Below are positions 18,839-28,800 of a stretch of DNA of 64,000 bases, in pieces. Both the position numbers and the translations under genes were made by a program. Source of the stretch: an uncultured Acidobacteriota bacterium (GTDB lineage Bacteria; Acidobacteriota; Thermoanaerobaculia; Multivoradales; UBA5704). Below the pieces are notes generated by a model. It was not told where the DNA came from. It saw only the letters and a list, made by a program, of their open reading frames with translations, and ran no database searches. The stretch lies in contig CAVYRF010000002.1 in the NCBI GenBank assembly GCA_963770895.1, positions 1,536,001 to 1,600,000 of the forward strand, read 5' to 3'. Within the stretch, counting starts at the first letter, position 1; each line of letters begins with the position of its first letter.

Positions 18839-20878
18839 TCAATCTTCAACCAGTGTAGCCCACCCGTAGCCCGGCGGACCCGTTCGGGACGTAGACTGCG
18901 CGTTGTCGCTGAGCCACTGCAGGAAGGGAGGTAGCTTCAGTAGGTTCTGCAGCTCCTGCTGGTACAGCATCTGCAGCACAACGCCTTCCGTAGCCAGGAG
19001 GTTCATGAAGTTGCTCAGGCTACTGGGCGACGGGATGCTGTCGTCTGGCACCAACTGCGGTTGTGAGGGATCGGTAGGTATCGGCAATGAGCTAGGGGGA
19101 AGCGCCCCTGGTACGCGGGGACTGGGGCCTCCTCTCTGCCAATTCTTCCACTTCCAGTCATGAGCGTGTGGATCTCCCTGACCGTGATCGTGGCCGTAGT
19201 CAATGTCTTTGTCGGCACAGCCGTCGGGACCAAAGTGCCTCCAAGTTCCACCCCCATCGGGATCAGGGATCCATTGCCACGTGTCCGGCGGACCCCCCCG
19301 AGCGGGGGGTTTCCAAGAGTCGCCGAGGGGGTCGAACAGATTCACCGGATCACCGGACGCGTATTGGTAAAGGCCTGTCTCGCCAGTCTGCGGTTTGGGA
19401 TCGCGGCTCTCCCACCGTCCGAGGCTTGGATCATAAGCGCGGAACTTGGTGAGGGAGAGGCCCGAGGGAGAGTGGTAATAGTAACTTGCAAAACCGAACC
19501 TTGGCGGGGTGCCTTCGTTGATGGTGAGGCGGCCGTACGGGTCATAGTCGTAGCGGCTGACGACATTGCCGCTGGTATCGGTGACTTCGCGCACGCTGCC
19601 CAGATGGTCGTAGGAGAAGTAGTAATTGCCACCGCCGGACTGCATGCCTCCCGGGAAGAAGCGGGTGAGGATCGGCTCAGTTGGGCAGGTGATGGTCTTG
19701 GGGGTGTCTCCCAAGGGGATGGTGGTGCCGGAATAGGTGATGGACAGGCTGTGGGTGGTGCCGGAGTAGAGGGCTGGCGTGGAGTAGGTGAAACCGTGGT
19801 CGCCGTTGCCCTTGCCGGCAGTTTGCAGGTCCTGGCGGAAGTTGGCGGCGGGGATGGTGGCGAGCAGGGCGCCGTTGTCGTAGATGTCCACGTTGAGGGC
19901 GGCGTTGGGTTGATTGGCATCCCAGGCCCAACCAACCAGCTGGGTGCAATCGGCAGTGTCGAAGTACCCGCCGAAGTTGGCGCTGGAACAGGTGAGCGTT
20001 TGCGGGGCGCCGATGACCGTCGGCGTGCCGCCGGCTTTGAGGGTGATGGTCTGAGCGGTGCCGGTCTTGAGGGCAGCGGGGGTGGGGAGGAAGAAGCCGT
20101 GGGCGCCGTTGCCAATGCCGGCGTTTTCCAGGTCCTGGCGGAAGGTGCTGGCAAGGACGGTGGCGATCAGGGTCGTGCCGTCGTAGACGTCGACGTTGAT
20201 CGGGTCGTTGGGTTCGGTGGCGTCCCAGGCCCAGCCGGCGAGCTGGGTGCAGCTGGGGCTGGCGAACGAGCCCGCAAAGCTGGGCGCGGTACAGGTCACG
20301 GTGCGGGTGCCGAGCGACGTCGTCGTGCCGGTGAGCAAGAGCGTCACGGCCTGCGCCGTGCCGGTCTTGAAATGCGCGGGCAAGGGGTAGGTAAAGCCGT
20401 GGTTGCCGTTGCCGGCGCCGGCGAGCTTGAGGTCGCTGCGGTAGGTGTTGGCCAGCACCGTTGCCTCGCTGGTCGTGCCGGACTCGATGCTGACGCTGAC
20501 CGGCGTGTTCGGCTGGGCGGGATTCCACGCCCAGCCGGCCACCTGGTTGCAGTTGAGGCTGTCGAAGTTGCCAGGCGCGGTGACGGTTCCGGTCGGATCG
20601 ACGGTGGCGTCCGTCTCTTCGACGATCTGGTCTTCCACCCAGATGTAATGCCGGCTGCTCGCCACTGCGCCGTTGTTCAGCTCGGTGATGAGCACGCGCC
20701 GCCCCAACCCGTCGTAGGCGAACTGGCTGCGCTGGGCGCCGATGTTGATCGCGGTCAGCCGATTCTCTGCATCCCATTCGTAGGTGCGGGTGCCGTCGGA
20801 CAGCAGGTTGCCGTTGGCATCGTATTGGAACGCCTGCCCCTGGCCGAGAGCTGCGACGACCGCGTTGCCGAGGCCTGG
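18839..20878 (-). pseudogene. Orphan Rhs C-terminal cassette (shell end + 3 inserted repeats + core + alternative toxin tip), no native start
   Basis: About 1.5 kb nearly identical to 22760-24240 (offset 3361); YDHLGSVRE, RAYDPSLGRWESRDP and DPVNLFDPLG, then a divergent tip. Confidence 0.85.
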
Positions 20879-20953
20879 ATTTGATCCAGTGCGAATCGAG
20901 CCGGTGCGACAGAAATGGTCTCTGTCTGCTATCCTTGACTGAGGAGGACCTTC

Positions 20954-21304
20954 ATGCCTTTCCCAAGAAAATTTAAACCCCTGCTTGATATCGAACTCCC
21001 CGACGTCGACAGACCGGATTACGCATGGCTCGTCTACGCAGTTTGCGCCTGCAGCAAGGATGCATGCGGCTGGGGGGGGTGGATTATCGACTCCGTGTAT
21101 CAACATACGCAGGAGCTTCGGGAGACAACGCGCGTGGATAAGCTCCTCCCCTTCGATGACACGCAGAGATGCCCGAGCTGCGGCGGCACTCTATTCAGAA
21201 CGGGAGCCGAATTGAGATTCGAGCCCTCGATCGATCAATCCCCCAAATGGGGAACACCCGGCGTCGATTATGAAGTTGTCACGATGAAATTTGAGGACGA
21301 ATGA
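20954..21304 (+). CDS. Hypothetical Cys-rich (probable Zn-binding) protein, possible displaced immunity gene
   Basis: GAGGAGG RBS; CACSKDAC and CPSC motifs; lower GC than the flanks. Confidence 0.7.
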   Translation: MPFPRKFKPLLDIELPDVDRPDYAWLVYAVCACSKDACGWGGWIIDSVYQHTQELRETTRVDKLLPFDDTQRCPSCGGTLFRTGAELRFEPSIDQSPKWGTPGVDYEVVTMKFEDE

Positions 21305-21420
21305 ACCTCATCGCGCCGCGGGCGTCTGCGCTGACCGGACGGCAGCTGCCGCGCCAGGGCGGCTGCTGCGGATCTTCATTTCGTCGACGCCTCACCTCCC
21401 TCACGAGCAGTGTCGCGTTG

Positions 21421-21615
21421 TCACCAGACCAACCACAGGAAAGGTGAAGGCGGCAGCGGCGGCGGCGAATTCGACGCATTCGACCGTTGCGCTTGCAGGT
21501 AGTCAGCCAGGCCTTCCAGACCTTGCGACCACTCGTTGATGGAGTTGGCAGCCTGCGCGGCATACATTCCTTCCAGCAACTGCAAGCCCCACATCCATTG
21601 ATATAACGGGTTGGG
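21421..21615 (-). pseudogene. Probable remnant of a third Rhs C-terminal tail
   Basis: Open frame PNPLYQWMWGLQLLEGMYAAQAANSINEWSQGLEGLADYLQAQRSNASNSPPPLPPSPFLWLVW*, similar in layout to the orphan tail. Confidence 0.4.
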
Positions 21616-21616
21616 A

Positions 21617-21650
21617 AAGGCGAGGACACCTCGCGCCCGCCGGTGCAGCA
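21617..21650 (+). repeat. 34-bp exact direct repeat, copy 2
   Basis: Identical to 15831-15864; abuts the truncated IS3 orfA. Confidence 0.9.
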
Positions 21651-21803
21651 GCCGCCGCCATCCCCCGCCCCCCAGACGTCACCAACCGAACCGCCTCTAA
21701 CTTGAACTCCCGACTGAATTTCCGTCTCGTCTCTGCCATCGCGTCACCCCTCTCGCCCATTATGCGGGCTTTTCGAGGTGTCCGCTAATCCGGGGCAAGG
21801 CCA
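21651..21803 (-). mobile_element. IS3-family remnant: left inverted repeat plus the first ~30 codons of orfA
   Basis: 5'-TGGCCTTGCCCCGGATTAGCGGACACC IS3-type end at 21803; orfA MAETRRKFSREFKLEAVRLV from ATG 21739. Confidence 0.8.
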
Positions 21804-22210
21804 GAGGTTTCACCATGGCCTTCAGTGAGCTCCTCTACGGTCACACCTTCGGCCACCACCTCGATTTCACCACTTTTCGGGGTCAGGACCAGAACGTAAA
21901 GGCGATCTTTCTCGGATGCACTGAAGAGGTTGGGAAGCTCCGGGTTCTTCTCCTTGGAGAGCTCGAGGTTCTCAAAAATGCTGTCGTAACACGCAGTCTT
22001 AAACTTTAGATCGAGGACGGCGCGAAGCCCACGGGCATTCTGAAAGGTGACCTCGACCTCTCGCGGTGGGACTCGAGCCGACCGCTCGTCGGTGCGGATC
22101 CGAAATCTGACCTCATTCCCGTAGCGCGTTTCGCTCACTGCAACCGTACGCACGGAGAATTCGAACAGGCGCCAATCGTGGAAGTCGATGCGTTCAAATG
22201 CGCTGGCCAT
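21785..22210 (-). CDS. Putative immunity protein for the main Rhs toxin
   Basis: Starts 22 nt after the toxin stop with a GAGG RBS; FHDW..F N-terminal motif typical of several immunity families; stop codon lies inside the IS3 end. Confidence 0.7.
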   Translation of the reverse strand: MASAFERIDFHDWRLFEFSVRTVAVSETRYGNEVRFRIRTDERSARVPPREVEVTFQNARGLRAVLDLKFKTACYDSIFENLELSKEKNPELPNLFSASEKDRLYVLVLTPKSGEIEVVAEGVTVEELTEGHGETSGLAPD

Positions 22211-22232
22211 GCTTAACCTCGCTGTAAGGCGT

Positions 22233-25200
22233 TCACAACGTTGCCAGGGCCACGACCGCGCAGCATTCAGGGCAGATTATGCACCCTACAACGGCGCCGG
22301 CGGCGCCAAGTGCTAGCGCGGGAATCAACCACGGCGATGCAGGTGAGGCTGAGGGGAAATCCGGCAACTGGTGCCACCACGGGCTGAAATTGGGGATCTG
22401 CCACTTCTTGACCGGACACACCTGCGGCTTCGTCGGGTCCGCCGGTCGCGGCCTGGGATTGTCCAGTTCGTGCGCGTCGCCTCGTGCTGGGGCGTCCGGG
22501 TCCGAGTGATCCCAATCGTGACCATGGGGCGAATTCAGCTCGGGATGGTGTTCGGGATGGCCCCAGTCTTGATCGTGCAGCGGTTCTCCCTGCGGTCCCC
22601 ACAGCCGCCACTGTCCGCCCCTTCCCTGGGTGTCTCGGGAAGGGAACCACTCCCAGGTGTCCGGCTGCCCGCGAGAAGGTATGGCGCCGTCTCGATCAGA
22701 AAGGTCCTGGGGATCGTTGTCTGCATATGCATACAGGCTGGTTCCTAGGAACGGGACCGGATCGCGGCTTTCCCAGCGGCCCAGGTTGGGGTCGTAGGCG
22801 CGGTATTCGGTCAGGCTCAAACCCGACGGTTGGTGGTAGTACATCCCGGCGTACCCGAAGCGGGGCGGAACACCCTGGTTGACGGTCAGACGCCCGTAGG
22901 GGTCGTAGTCGTAGCGGCTGACGACGTTGCCGCTCGTATCGGTGACTTCGCGCACGCTGACCAGGTGGTCGTAGGAGAAGTAGTAATTGCCGCCGCCGGA
23001 CTGCATGCCTCCTGGGAAGAAGCGGGTGAGGATGGGCTCGGTTGGACAGGTGATGGTCTTTGGGGTGTCTCCCAGGGGGAGGAGAGTGCCAGAATAGGTG
23101 ACGGACAGGCTGTGCGTGGTGCCCGAGTAGAGCGCCGGCGAGGTGTAGGTGAAGCCGTGCGCGCCGTTGCCCTTGCCGGCGTTTTCCAGGTCCTGGCGGA
23201 AGTTGGCGGCGGGGAGGGTGGCGAGCAGGGCGCCGTTGTCGTAGAGGTCCACGTTGAGGGCGGCGTTGGGTTGATTGGCATCCCAGGCCCAACCAACCAG
23301 CTGGGTGCAATCGGCAGTGTCGAAGTACCCGCCGAAGTTGGCGCTGGAACAGGTGAGCGTTTGCGGGGCGCCGATGACCGTCGGCGTGCCGCCGGCTTTG
23401 AGGGTGATGGTGTGGGCGGTGCCGGTCTTGAGGGCGGCGGGCGTGGGGAGGAAGAAGCCGTGGGCGCCGTTGCCAATGCCGGCGTTTTCCAGGTCCTGGC
23501 GGAAGGTGCTGGCAAGGACGGTGGCGATCAGGGTCGTGCCGTCGTAGACGTCGACGTTGATCGGGTCGTTGGGTTCGGTGGCGTCCCACGCCCAGCCGGC
23601 GAGCTGGGTGCAGCTGGGGCTGGCGAACGAGCCCGCAAAGCTGGGCGCGGTACAGGTCACGGTGCGGGTGCCGAGCGACGTCGTCGTGCCGGTGAGCAAG
23701 AGCGTCACGGCCTGCGCCGTGCCGGTCTTGAAATGCGCGGGCAAGGGGTAGGTAAAGCCGTGGTTGCCGTTGCCGGCGCCGGCGAGCTTGAGGTCGCTGC
23801 GGTAGGTGTTGGCCAGCACCGTCGCCTCGCTGGTCGTGCCGGACTCGATGCTGACGCTGACCGGCGTGTTCGGCTGGGCGGGATTCCACGCCCAGCCGGC
23901 CACCTGGTTGCAGTTGAGGCTGTCGAAGTTGCCAGGCGCGGTGACGGTTCCGGTCGGATCGACGGTGGCGTCCGTCTCTTCGACGATCTGGTCTCCCACC
24001 CAGATGTAATGCCGGCTGGTGACCACCGCGCCGTTGCTCAATTCGGTGATCAGCACGCGCCGCCCCAGCCCGTCGTACGCGAACTGGCTGCGCTGGGCGC
24101 CGATGTTGATCGCGGTCAGCCGATTCTCTGCATCCCATTCGTAGGTGCGGGTCCCGTCGGACAGCAGGTTGCCGTTGGCATCGTATCGGAACGCCTGCCC
24201 CTGGCCGGGAACGGTGACGACCGCGGTTGCGGAGGCCTGCACCTGCGGGTCGGCGTGGCTCGCGGCGGTGATGGTGACGGTGCCGTCGATCGTGGGGGCC
24301 GTGAAGAGCCCGGTCGCGTCGATCGAACCTGCCGACGCGGACCACAGGACGCCGGTGTCGGCGGCGCCGGTGACGGCGGCGGTGAACTGCTGCATGCCGC
24401 CCGCGGCCACCGCGGTTTCCGCCGGGGCGACGGCGATCCCGATCAGCGGGCCGGCGCTCACGGTCACCGTCGCCAAGCCCTGCACGGGACCGCCTCCCAC
24501 CGCGGTGGACGCCGCCAGGACGTGATAGACGCCAGCGCTGGCGGGAGCAGTGTAGAGCCCCGCCGCGGTGATACTGCCGCCCGCTGAGCCCTCCTGGACG
24601 CTCCAGGTCACGGCCGGGTTGGCGACGCCGCTGACCTGCGCGGTGAAGGCCTGGCTGGCGCCCGGCGCCAGGCTCGGCGACGACGGCAGGATCATCAGGC
24701 CTTCGCCCACCGTCACCGTCGCGGTGCCCGATTGCGCCGGATTCGCCGCTGCCGTGGCCGTGACGGTGTAGACGCCGGGCACGGCAGGCGCGGTGAACAG
24801 GCCGTTGGCTGCAATCGACGCTGCGCCCGGACCGGCAACCGACCAGGTCACCGCCTGGTTGGGATGCGGCTCACCGTTGGGGTCTTCCACCACCGCCGTG
24901 AAGGGCTCCTGCTGCCCGGAATCGAGCACCGAGCGCGACGGCGAAACGGCGACTCCGCTCACCGGCATGGTGGTCACGACCGTCAGCGCCGCGGTGCTGG
25001 TCGCCAGCGGGTTGCCCAAGGTCTGCACCGTGACGGTGTAGGAGCCGGCGGCCGCGCTGACCGGCACCTGGAGCAGACCGGTGCTCGAAAAGATAGCTCC
25101 CGGCAACGTCGAGGACCATTGCACGCTCTGCTGGCTGCCGGTCACGTCGGCAAAGAATTGCCGCGAGGTGCCTGGCAGGACGGTCACGGCCGCCGGCGCC

Positions 25201-25838
25201 ACGGCGACGTCGACCACCTGCACGGTCGCAACGGCCACGACACCGGAGAGGTTGTTTTCCAAGTTTTCGACATAGACGTGGAACGTCCCTCCCGACCGGC
25301 CTGCGTTGTGGTAGAACTGGCCGACGGGGCCAGCATCCGCTTGACCACCCCCAAGCGCCCAACCGCTCGGATCATCCGTCCACCAAGCGTATGCCTGCGA
25401 GCTCGCGTTGACGACGCTGGCGTAGAAATCGATGGTCTGGCCGGCAGCGACCACGGCAGTCAGCGGGCTCACCGAGGTCACCGGAGGGCCTGGAACGGTG
25501 ATGTTGAGATGCCCCGTGGTGCCGTCACCGCCAGTGCCGGTCAGGGTGTACACGCCGGCCGTGGTGCCGGCAGTGACCTGGATCGACGTATTGGTGAAAT
25601 TGCTCAGGGTGACTCCTGCCGATGGGTAAATCGACCAGGTGACCCCGTAGGCACCGGGATTGTCGATTCCGTTGTAGGTCGCATATTCGGTCTGGTTCAA
25701 AGTGGTCGGTCCGCTGATCGTGACCGTTTCCTGGGCACCTGCCGGCCGGATCGAGCCGCCGGCAACGATGACGGCGCACACCAGGACGAACGGCAGCCAC
25801 CGGCCGCGCACGGCTTCCACCCGACGCTCAGTTCTCAT
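22233..25838 (-). CDS. Rhs component B: signal peptide, tandem Ig-like domains, C-terminal YD shell portion with 3 inserted GWAW repeats, Rhs core, toxin tip
   Basis: Signal peptide ending PAGA; repeated V.P....L..G....FTA.V.G....V.WS...G.I...GLFTAP; YDANGNL, YDGLGRR, YDYDPYG, RAYDPNLGRWESRDP, DNDPQDLSDRDG. Confidence 0.9.
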   Translation of the reverse strand: MRTERRVEAVRGRWLPFVLVCAVIVAGGSIRPAGAQETVTISGPTTLNQTEYATYNGIDNPGAYGVTWSIYPSAGVTLSNFTNTSIQVTAGTTAGVYTLTGTGGDGTTGHLNITVPGPPVTSVSPLTAVVAAGQTIDFYASVVNASSQAYAWWTDDPSGWALGGGQADAGPVGQFYHNAGRSGGTFHVYVENLENNLSGVVAVATVQVVDVAVAPAAVTVLPGTSRQFFADVTGSQQSVQWSSTLPGAIFSSTGLLQVPVSAAAGSYTVTVQTLGNPLATSTAALTVVTTMPVSGVAVSPSRSVLDSGQQEPFTAVVEDPNGEPHPNQAVTWSVAGPGAASIAANGLFTAPAVPGVYTVTATAAANPAQSGTATVTVGEGLMILPSSPSLAPGASQAFTAQVSGVANPAVTWSVQEGSAGGSITAAGLYTAPASAGVYHVLAASTAVGGGPVQGLATVTVSAGPLIGIAVAPAETAVAAGGMQQFTAAVTGAADTGVLWSASAGSIDATGLFTAPTIDGTVTITAASHADPQVQASATAVVTVPGQGQAFRYDANGNLLSDGTRTYEWDAENRLTAINIGAQRSQFAYDGLGRRVLITELSNGAVVTSRHYIWVGDQIVEETDATVDPTGTVTAPGNFDSLNCNQVAGWAWNPAQPNTPVSVSIESGTTSEATVLANTYRSDLKLAGAGNGNHGFTYPLPAHFKTGTAQAVTLLLTGTTTSLGTRTVTCTAPSFAGSFASPSCTQLAGWAWDATEPNDPINVDVYDGTTLIATVLASTFRQDLENAGIGNGAHGFFLPTPAALKTGTAHTITLKAGGTPTVIGAPQTLTCSSANFGGYFDTADCTQLVGWAWDANQPNAALNVDLYDNGALLATLPAANFRQDLENAGKGNGAHGFTYTSPALYSGTTHSLSVTYSGTLLPLGDTPKTITCPTEPILTRFFPGGMQSGGGNYYFSYDHLVSVREVTDTSGNVVSRYDYDPYGRLTVNQGVPPRFGYAGMYYHQPSGLSLTEYRAYDPNLGRWESRDPVPFLGTSLYAYADNDPQDLSDRDGAIPSRGQPDTWEWFPSRDTQGRGGQWRLWGPQGEPLHDQDWGHPEHHPELNSPHGHDWDHSDPDAPARGDAHELDNPRPRPADPTKPQVCPVKKWQIPNFSPWWHQLPDFPSASPASPWLIPALALGAAGAVVGCIICPECCAVVALATL
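23046..23933 (-). repeat. Three tandem ~100-aa GWAW-containing domains inserted in the Rhs shell (also at 19685-20572)
   Basis: G.F....C.Q..GWAW...PN.......A..FR.DL..AG.GNG.HGF....TC three times. Confidence 0.85.
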
Positions 25839-28800
25839 GGCTGCCCTCCCTGACGCTGTCTGAAGCCGCCTGGGCGGCTCCGGCTGGACTTCGCGGCGGC
25901 GCCGCCGGCCGGCGGGCGCGCAGCTGCTGCATCGCCGCCTGCGCCTGCAAGCTGAGGCCGGAGTCGAGCGTGAGCAGCTGATTGGCGCCGTCGTAGGTCG
26001 CGGTCGAAAGAGCCGTGTCGATGGTCTCGCTGGTGCGGTTGCCCGACGGGTCGTAGCCGGCCGCGTAGGTGTGCAGCGTCGTCACCGGCGACTGCGCCGG
26101 GTCGGTAGTCTGCTGGCGCGCGATCAGCTGCTGGGCGCCGTCGTAGGTGAAGTTGAAGAAGCGGCCCGCCGGGTTGTCGACGTCGAACCAGGAGAGGCCG
26201 ACGATCTGCTGGTGCGCAGGATCGTAGGAGTAGCTGAACTGCGACAGGTTGGGGCCGTTCGCGGTGGAACCCCAGACCACCTGCGATAATCGGAAGTCTT
26301 GCGTCGGACCGAGATAGGAATACGCCGCTCCCTGGCCATTGGGATAGGACAGCGTGGCCATGCGGTTGGACGATCCGACGTAGGTCGCGGTGAACGTGCC
26401 GAGCGGGCTTGCCAGGGTCGTCAGACGGTCCTCGCTGTCGTAGGCCCGCGTCTGCGCCACGCCGTCGACCGTCTGACCGACGCGCCGACCATTGACGTCG
26501 TATTGAAAGGTGATCGTGTGATTGGGGGCCGGCGCAGTGATGCTGGCGATCTGCCCCGCGCCGACGCTGCCCGCGGGGTTGTAGCCGTAGAGCGTCGAAC
26601 CGAACGCATCGGTCATCATCGTCAAGCGCGGATAGTACTGGTCGTAGAAGTACTGCACGCCGGGCGTCGCGTGCACGCTGTTCTGATAGGTGATCGCCGC
26701 CAGCCGGTTGTCGACGGTATAGCTGTAGTTGGTGACCTGGCCGAGACCGTCGGTGCGCCGGATCAACCTGCCGGCGTCGTCATAGGCGAAGAGCGCCACC
26801 GTGGCGCCGTTGACCTGCTTGCCGACGACGCGGTTGAGGCCGTCGAGCATCCAGGTGGTCAGGTAGCCTCGCGGGTCCGCCACCTGCGACAGCGTGCCAC
26901 AGCCGCACCAGGAATAGGTCGTGGTTCTGCCTGCCGGGTCGGTGACGGTAGCCAGGCGGTCGGCCGCGTCGTAGGCGTACGTGGTGACCCGTCCCATCCG
27001 GTCCTGGTAGGCCACGACATCCAGTTTGTTGAAAACCACCTGATCCACCGTGCCGTCCGGATAGGTGATCTGCGTGAGGCGATCCAGCGAGTCGTAGCGG
27101 AACGTCAAGGTGTAGCCGTCGGTCGACGTCCAGGTCAGCAGCCGATTGGCGGAGTCGTAGGTGTAGGTCTCCTGGTAGGTGGTCCCGGCGATCGCTTTCT
27201 GGATCAGAAAACCCCGGCTGTCGTAGGTGTAGTTGGTGGTCACCCCATCCGGCCGCTGCGCGGAAGTCATCTCGCCCAAGCCGTTATAGGTGAACGTCGA
27301 CCGCTGGCCCGCGTAGTCGACGTAGGTGAGCGGTTCATGTACCGAGTTGTAGGTCAGGGCGGCCAGCTGCTCGCCGGCCCACGTGATGCCGGTGCCGCCA
27401 CCGTCCAACTGCGCGGCGAGCACCTTGATCAGATCGATTCCGTTGGCTGCATACAGGTAGTTATAGCTGCGGCCCGCCGGGTCGGCGTAGGTCAGCGGCC
27501 GACCCGAGGAATCGTAGCTGGAGGTGCTTGTCTGGGTCTGGCCGGTGTCGAGCACCGTCGCCGTGACGGTCGGCGCCGAAAGGCTTCCCTGGTCGCTGTC
27601 GCCAGGCATGTTGGGATAGTTCATCCAGATGCGGCGCTCCCCCTGCGGCTGGACAAAACCCGGGATCGAGGAGGCCGCCGTCCCGCCTTCCGAAAAATCG
27701 CGCAGCCAGTGGGTGGTGAAAGTCGCGTTCAGATATCGGTTGGGGTCGGCGGCGTTGTACTGCTCCATCGCCGTCGGATTCCAATAGTAGGTGTTGCGGT
27801 ACGCCAGGTTCTCGTTGCCGAAGCCGGCGGGGATCGGCTCGGTCGTGGTCTCTGGAACGTTCTGCGCTTGGTGGGTGAACTCGATCCGCTCCTGGTGGCC
27901 GAGCGGGTCGGTCGCCAGAAGCCAGCGGATGTTGCCCAGGTCGGTTTCGACGCACGGCGGCGCCTCCCCCATGGCGAAGGTCGTCGTGCCGTAGGGAGTG
28001 GTCATCGCGTTCATGAAATCTGCCGGCACCGCGTACACCGTGTCGTAGCCGCTGTTGAGGCAATAGGGCGGCGCCGGCGGCGGCACGGTCGGACCGTAGG
28101 CGAACGACGACGTCATGCCGGCGGCGTCGGTGACGCTTTGCAGCTCGCCGCCGGAGTACTGGAACAGCGCCTGGCGCCCAAACGGGTCGGTGACCGCGGT
28201 GACCTTGTACATGTCGCCCGCCAGCCCATAGGTGAGCGTCGTCGTCTGGCCCAGCGCATCGGTGATCGACAGCAGGCGCGTCGTCGCGGCGTCGTAGTTG
28301 AGGGTGACCGTATTGCCCACCGCATCCGTCACCGCGGTCAGGTAGTACTTGCGCATCGTGGCAGCGTTGTCCGAGAGCTCATAGGTGTCCTGCGAACCGT
28401 CGGGGTACTGCCGCACGAAGCCGACGGTGCTGTTCGCACCCGTCTGGAACAGGCGCATCACCGTGTCGTGCGCGCCGCTCACGTTGGGGCCATACGCCCA
28501 CCAATAGACTGCCGAAACCTGCGACAGGATGTACGAGCCGCCGCCGCGCTCGGCGACGCGGATGGTATTGCCGTTGCCGTTGGGGTCGTCATCTTCGACG
28601 TAGGAGAGCCAGTCGAAGTTCCAGCGCGAGCCCAGGTTGGTGTACGTGAACGTGGCCGGCTGAAAGTCCTCGCGGCTGTTGTAGGTGATGCCGAACCGCA
28701 TCGCCGGTCCGCGCGGCGGCTGGTAGCCGACCGGAGAGTCGGTGATGTTCAAGCTCACCACCGCGGTGTGAAAGTTGTAGACCGGCATGCCGACGCCGTT

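Noticed and set aside
20879-21106. N-terminal extension of the 755-aa ORF 18839-21106
   Set aside because: It is antisense to the RBS-supported gene at 20954-21304, and homology to gene B ends at ~20878, so the cassette has no true start.
19400-24240. Diversity-generating retroelement template/variable repeat pair
   Set aside because: There is no reverse transcriptase in the window, the repeat is ~1.5 kb, and the differences are not adenine-specific. It fits an orphan Rhs cassette better.
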